This document shows, in pieces, positions 61,680 through 64,000 of a stretch of DNA of 64,000 nt. The stretch comes from an uncultured Thermoleophilia bacterium (GTDB lineage: Bacteria > Actinomycetota > Thermoleophilia > UBA2241). The stretch spans positions 128,001 to 192,000 of the forward strand of contig CAVQSP010000020.1 of NCBI GenBank assembly GCA_963715985.1. Reading direction: 5' to 3'. The notes beneath the pieces are model-generated. The model was given only the letters and a program-made list of their open reading frames with translations. It was not told the origin of the DNA and made no database searches. The translations under genes and the position numbers were made by a program. Numbering within the stretch: the first letter of the stretch is position 1; the number at the start of each line of letters is the position of its first letter.

Positions 61680-63041
61680 TCAGCGCGCCGCGGCGGCCCT
61701 CCGCCGCGGCCGCCGGCAGACCAGCGGATACGCCACCGTCCCCGCCAAGCCCACGAGCATCACGAGGAAGAAGGTGACGCGGCCGCCGGCCGCGTCCATC
61801 CCCCAGCCCGCCAGGAGCGGGCTCAGGGCCTGCCCTCCGATCCACACGAGACTCCACGCGCCCATGTACCGGCCGCGCTCGGCCACCGTGGTCATCCCCG
61901 ACACGAGGCTGGTGGAGAGCGGCACGAAGATCATCTCCCCGAGGCTGAAGACCACGATGAGGAGCCACAGACTCCACCCGCCGCCGGTGAGGGACGCTCC
62001 ACCGATGCCGATGCCGAGCAGGGCGCTGGACAGCGCCAGCAGCAGGAGCCGGTCGCGCTTCTCCAGGCGGCGCACCAGCGGGTACTGGATGGCGACGATG
62101 AGGACGGCGTTGAGGGAGAGCAGCACTCCCCAGCGTGAGATGGGCACGTCGAGGAACTGCGTCACATACACAGGGTAGACGGAGACGATCTGCCCGTAGC
62201 AGAACAGCGGCAGGAGCGAGACCAGGCAGAAGGCGAGGAACGCGCGGTCGCGCAGGACCACGCCGTAGCCGGAATGACGCGCGGCCGTCGGCGAGGGCGC
62301 GGCGGCCTCCGCGGCGAGCGCAGTCGAGGCGGCGGCCGTCCCGGCCGAGGCGCCGGAGCGCCCGGTCTCGTGGTGGGAGGCAGCGGCGAGTGCCTCGGCC
62401 GCGTCGAGAGGGCCGGCGACCGTGGGCGCCGATGGCTGGGGCCGCGTCTCGGCGAGGCGCGCCAGCAGGACGAAGAACAGCGCCGCACAGCCGACCCCGG
62501 CGGCGGCGAACAGCCAGGCGAACGAGAGGCCGGCGGCCAGAGCAAAGCCCGCCGTCGCCGGCCCCGCCACGACGCCTGCGTTCACGGCCACCCGCACGAT
62601 GCTGTACGCCTCGGCGGTCTGGTCCTGCTCCACGAGGTCGGCGACCATGGCGTTGCTCGCCGTGAGGAAGAGCGGCCAGCCGAAAGCGCCGTTGGCGAGC
62701 ACGAGGAGGGCGGCCTGCCACACGGAGCTCACCACGGTGAGCCCGAACAGGACCACCGCGCTGGCCAGCAGCGAGAAGAGCATGAGCCCGCGTCGGCCCC
62801 GCCGATCGGCCCAGCTGCCGCCGAGAAGCTGCATCGGCAATCCCGCCAGGCTGGCGGCGCCGAGGATGACGCCGGCCAGCGTGCGCGAGATGCCCAGCCG
62901 CTCGGTCATGTAGATGCCGAAGAACGGGAAGACGATGGCCGAGCTCGCCAGGTAGACGAGCGTGGCCGCGAACACCAGCCAGAACTGGCCGGGGAAGCGG
63001 CCGGCGGCCGTGCGGGCGCGTCGGACGAGACGGCGCGGCAC
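61680..63041 (-). CDS. MFS transporter (DHA/MdtH-like)
   Basis: Motif A GSWADRRGRR, about 12 TM helices and ERGRYMG. Confidence 0.92.
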   Translation of the reverse strand: MPRRLVRRARTAAGRFPGQFWLVFAATLVYLASSAIVFPFFGIYMTERLGISRTLAGVILGAASLAGLPMQLLGGSWADRRGRRGLMLFSLLASAVVLFGLTVVSSVWQAALLVLANGAFGWPLFLTASNAMVADLVEQDQTAEAYSIVRVAVNAGVVAGPATAGFALAAGLSFAWLFAAAGVGCAALFFVLLARLAETRPQPSAPTVAGPLDAAEALAAASHHETGRSGASAGTAAASTALAAEAAAPSPTAARHSGYGVVLRDRAFLAFCLVSLLPLFCYGQIVSVYPVYVTQFLDVPISRWGVLLSLNAVLIVAIQYPLVRRLEKRDRLLLLALSSALLGIGIGGASLTGGGWSLWLLIVVFSLGEMIFVPLSTSLVSGMTTVAERGRYMGAWSLVWIGGQALSPLLAGWGMDAAGGRVTFFLVMLVGLAGTVAYPLVCRRPRRRAAAAR

Positions 63042-63044
63042 CCG

Positions 63045-64000
63045 TCAGCCCTCGCCGGTCAGCGGTCGCGCCACAGCGCCGCGGGCGCGTGCCCGCCGCC
63101 GCCAGCCCGGTGCCAGGGCCAGGAACAGGCAGGCGCCCACGAGCCCGACCACGAGCAGGACGGCGAACGCCTCGCGGCCGCCGAAGGCGTCCATCGCCCA
63201 GCCGCCGAAGGCCGGCCCCAGCGCCATGCCCCCGTTCCAGACCACCGTCCACACGCCCATGTAGCGCCCGCGGATGGCCTCGGGGGCCAGGTCGGAGACC
63301 TCGGCCGACGTCACCGGCGAGAGCAGCGTCTCCCCCACGCTCATCACGAGGATCAGCAGGATCAGCGACCAGAGAGGACCGGCAAAGGCGGACCCGCCGA
63401 CGCCCGCGGCCACGCACGCCGAGGCCACGGCCAGCAGCACCATGCGGTTGCGGAAGCGCGTGGCGCGCACCAGCGGGAACTGCACGGTGGCCACGACGAG
63501 CGCGTTGAGGGCCAGCAGCGCCCCCCACTGGCCGTACGGGATGCCGAGATAGTCGGTGATGTACACGGAGTAGATCGAGCCGAAGTTGCCGAAGCAGAAC
63601 AGCGGCAGCACGGCCACGAGGCAGAACACGATGAACACCTTGTCGTGCAGCACGAGACGGTAGCCGCTGCGCCCCTCGGCGTCGGTGTGCGCGTGCGGCG
63701 CCGCCGCACTGGCCGGGCGGCTCTCGCGGATCCACACGAACATCATCGCCACCATGAGCGCGCAGCCCGCACCGGCGGCCAGGAAGAGCTGGCGGAACGA
63801 GACGCCCCAGCCCAGCGCCAGGCCTGCCGCTGCCGGCCCCAGCACGACGCCCACGTTCATGGCGACGCGGTTGACGCTGAAGGCCTCCTGCCTCAACCCG
63901 GTCGGCAGCAGGTCGGCGATCATGGCGTTGCACGCCGTCTGGAAGAGGGGCCAGCCGAAGGCGCTCTCCACGGCCACGAGGACGGCCACCTGCCAGACGG
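63045..64000 (-). CDS. MFS transporter, paralog of the adjacent gene (5' end outside the window)
   Basis: FGWPLF.TA.NAM.ADL and RGRYMG shared with the neighbour. Confidence 0.9.
   Translation of the reverse strand, partial: VWQVAVLVAVESAFGWPLFQTACNAMIADLLPTGLRQEAFSVNRVAMNVGVVLGPAAAGLALGWGVSFRQLFLAAGAGCALMVAMMFVWIRESRPASAAAPHAHTDAEGRSGYRLVLHDKVFIVFCLVAVLPLFCFGNFGSIYSVYITDYLGIPYGQWGALLALNALVVATVQFPLVRATRFRNRMVLLAVASACVAAGVGGSAFAGPLWSLILLILVMSVGETLLSPVTSAEVSDLAPEAIRGRYMGVWTVVWNGGMALGPAFGGWAMDAFGGREAFAVLLVVGLVGACLFLALAPGWRRRARARGAVARPLTGEG

Overview
High-GC (roughly 70% by eye) bacterial chromosomal segment, most likely from a deep-branching actinobacterium such as Thermoleophilia (inferred from gene content and order, not from a search). 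It is mostly housekeeping and mostly on the minus strand, in transcription order: polA-rpsA-coaE-slt-uvrB-DUF2284, uvrA-GNAT-uvrC-ogt-rapZ-yvcK-whiA, gap-(pgk::tpiA fusion)-gpmI-secG, an opp/dpp ABC operon, a PrsA-like foldase, recJ-rel-MBL-hisS-aspS, a 6S RNA, and iscR-iscS-iscU-mnmA. The right end holds a STAS-RsbW fusion, DUF296, tRNA-Leu(GAG), DUF72, a saccharopine-dehydrogenase-like gene, an M20 hydrolase coupled to a degenerate ADP-ribosylglycohydrolase, a GbsR-type regulator with an RND pump, a ferritin-like gene and two tandem MFS genes. I saw no mobile elements or CRISPR arrays. The first ~21 kb contains many single-base frameshifts, including in hisS and aspS, which are most likely assembly errors. 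Best leads: (1) a divergent two-gene module between whiA and gap, made of a 1433-aa PPDK-like dikinase that lacks the pyruvate-binding barrel and has a ~930-aa unknown N-terminal region, plus a divergent GAPDH paralog; (2) an mnmA with no standard start codon that joins iscU through a -1 shift at C_CCA_AAA; (3) an in-frame PGK-TPI fusion with an SD-GTG in its linker; (4) a compact Bacillus-like 6S RNA; (5) probable pseudo-enzyme domains (ARH, STAS).
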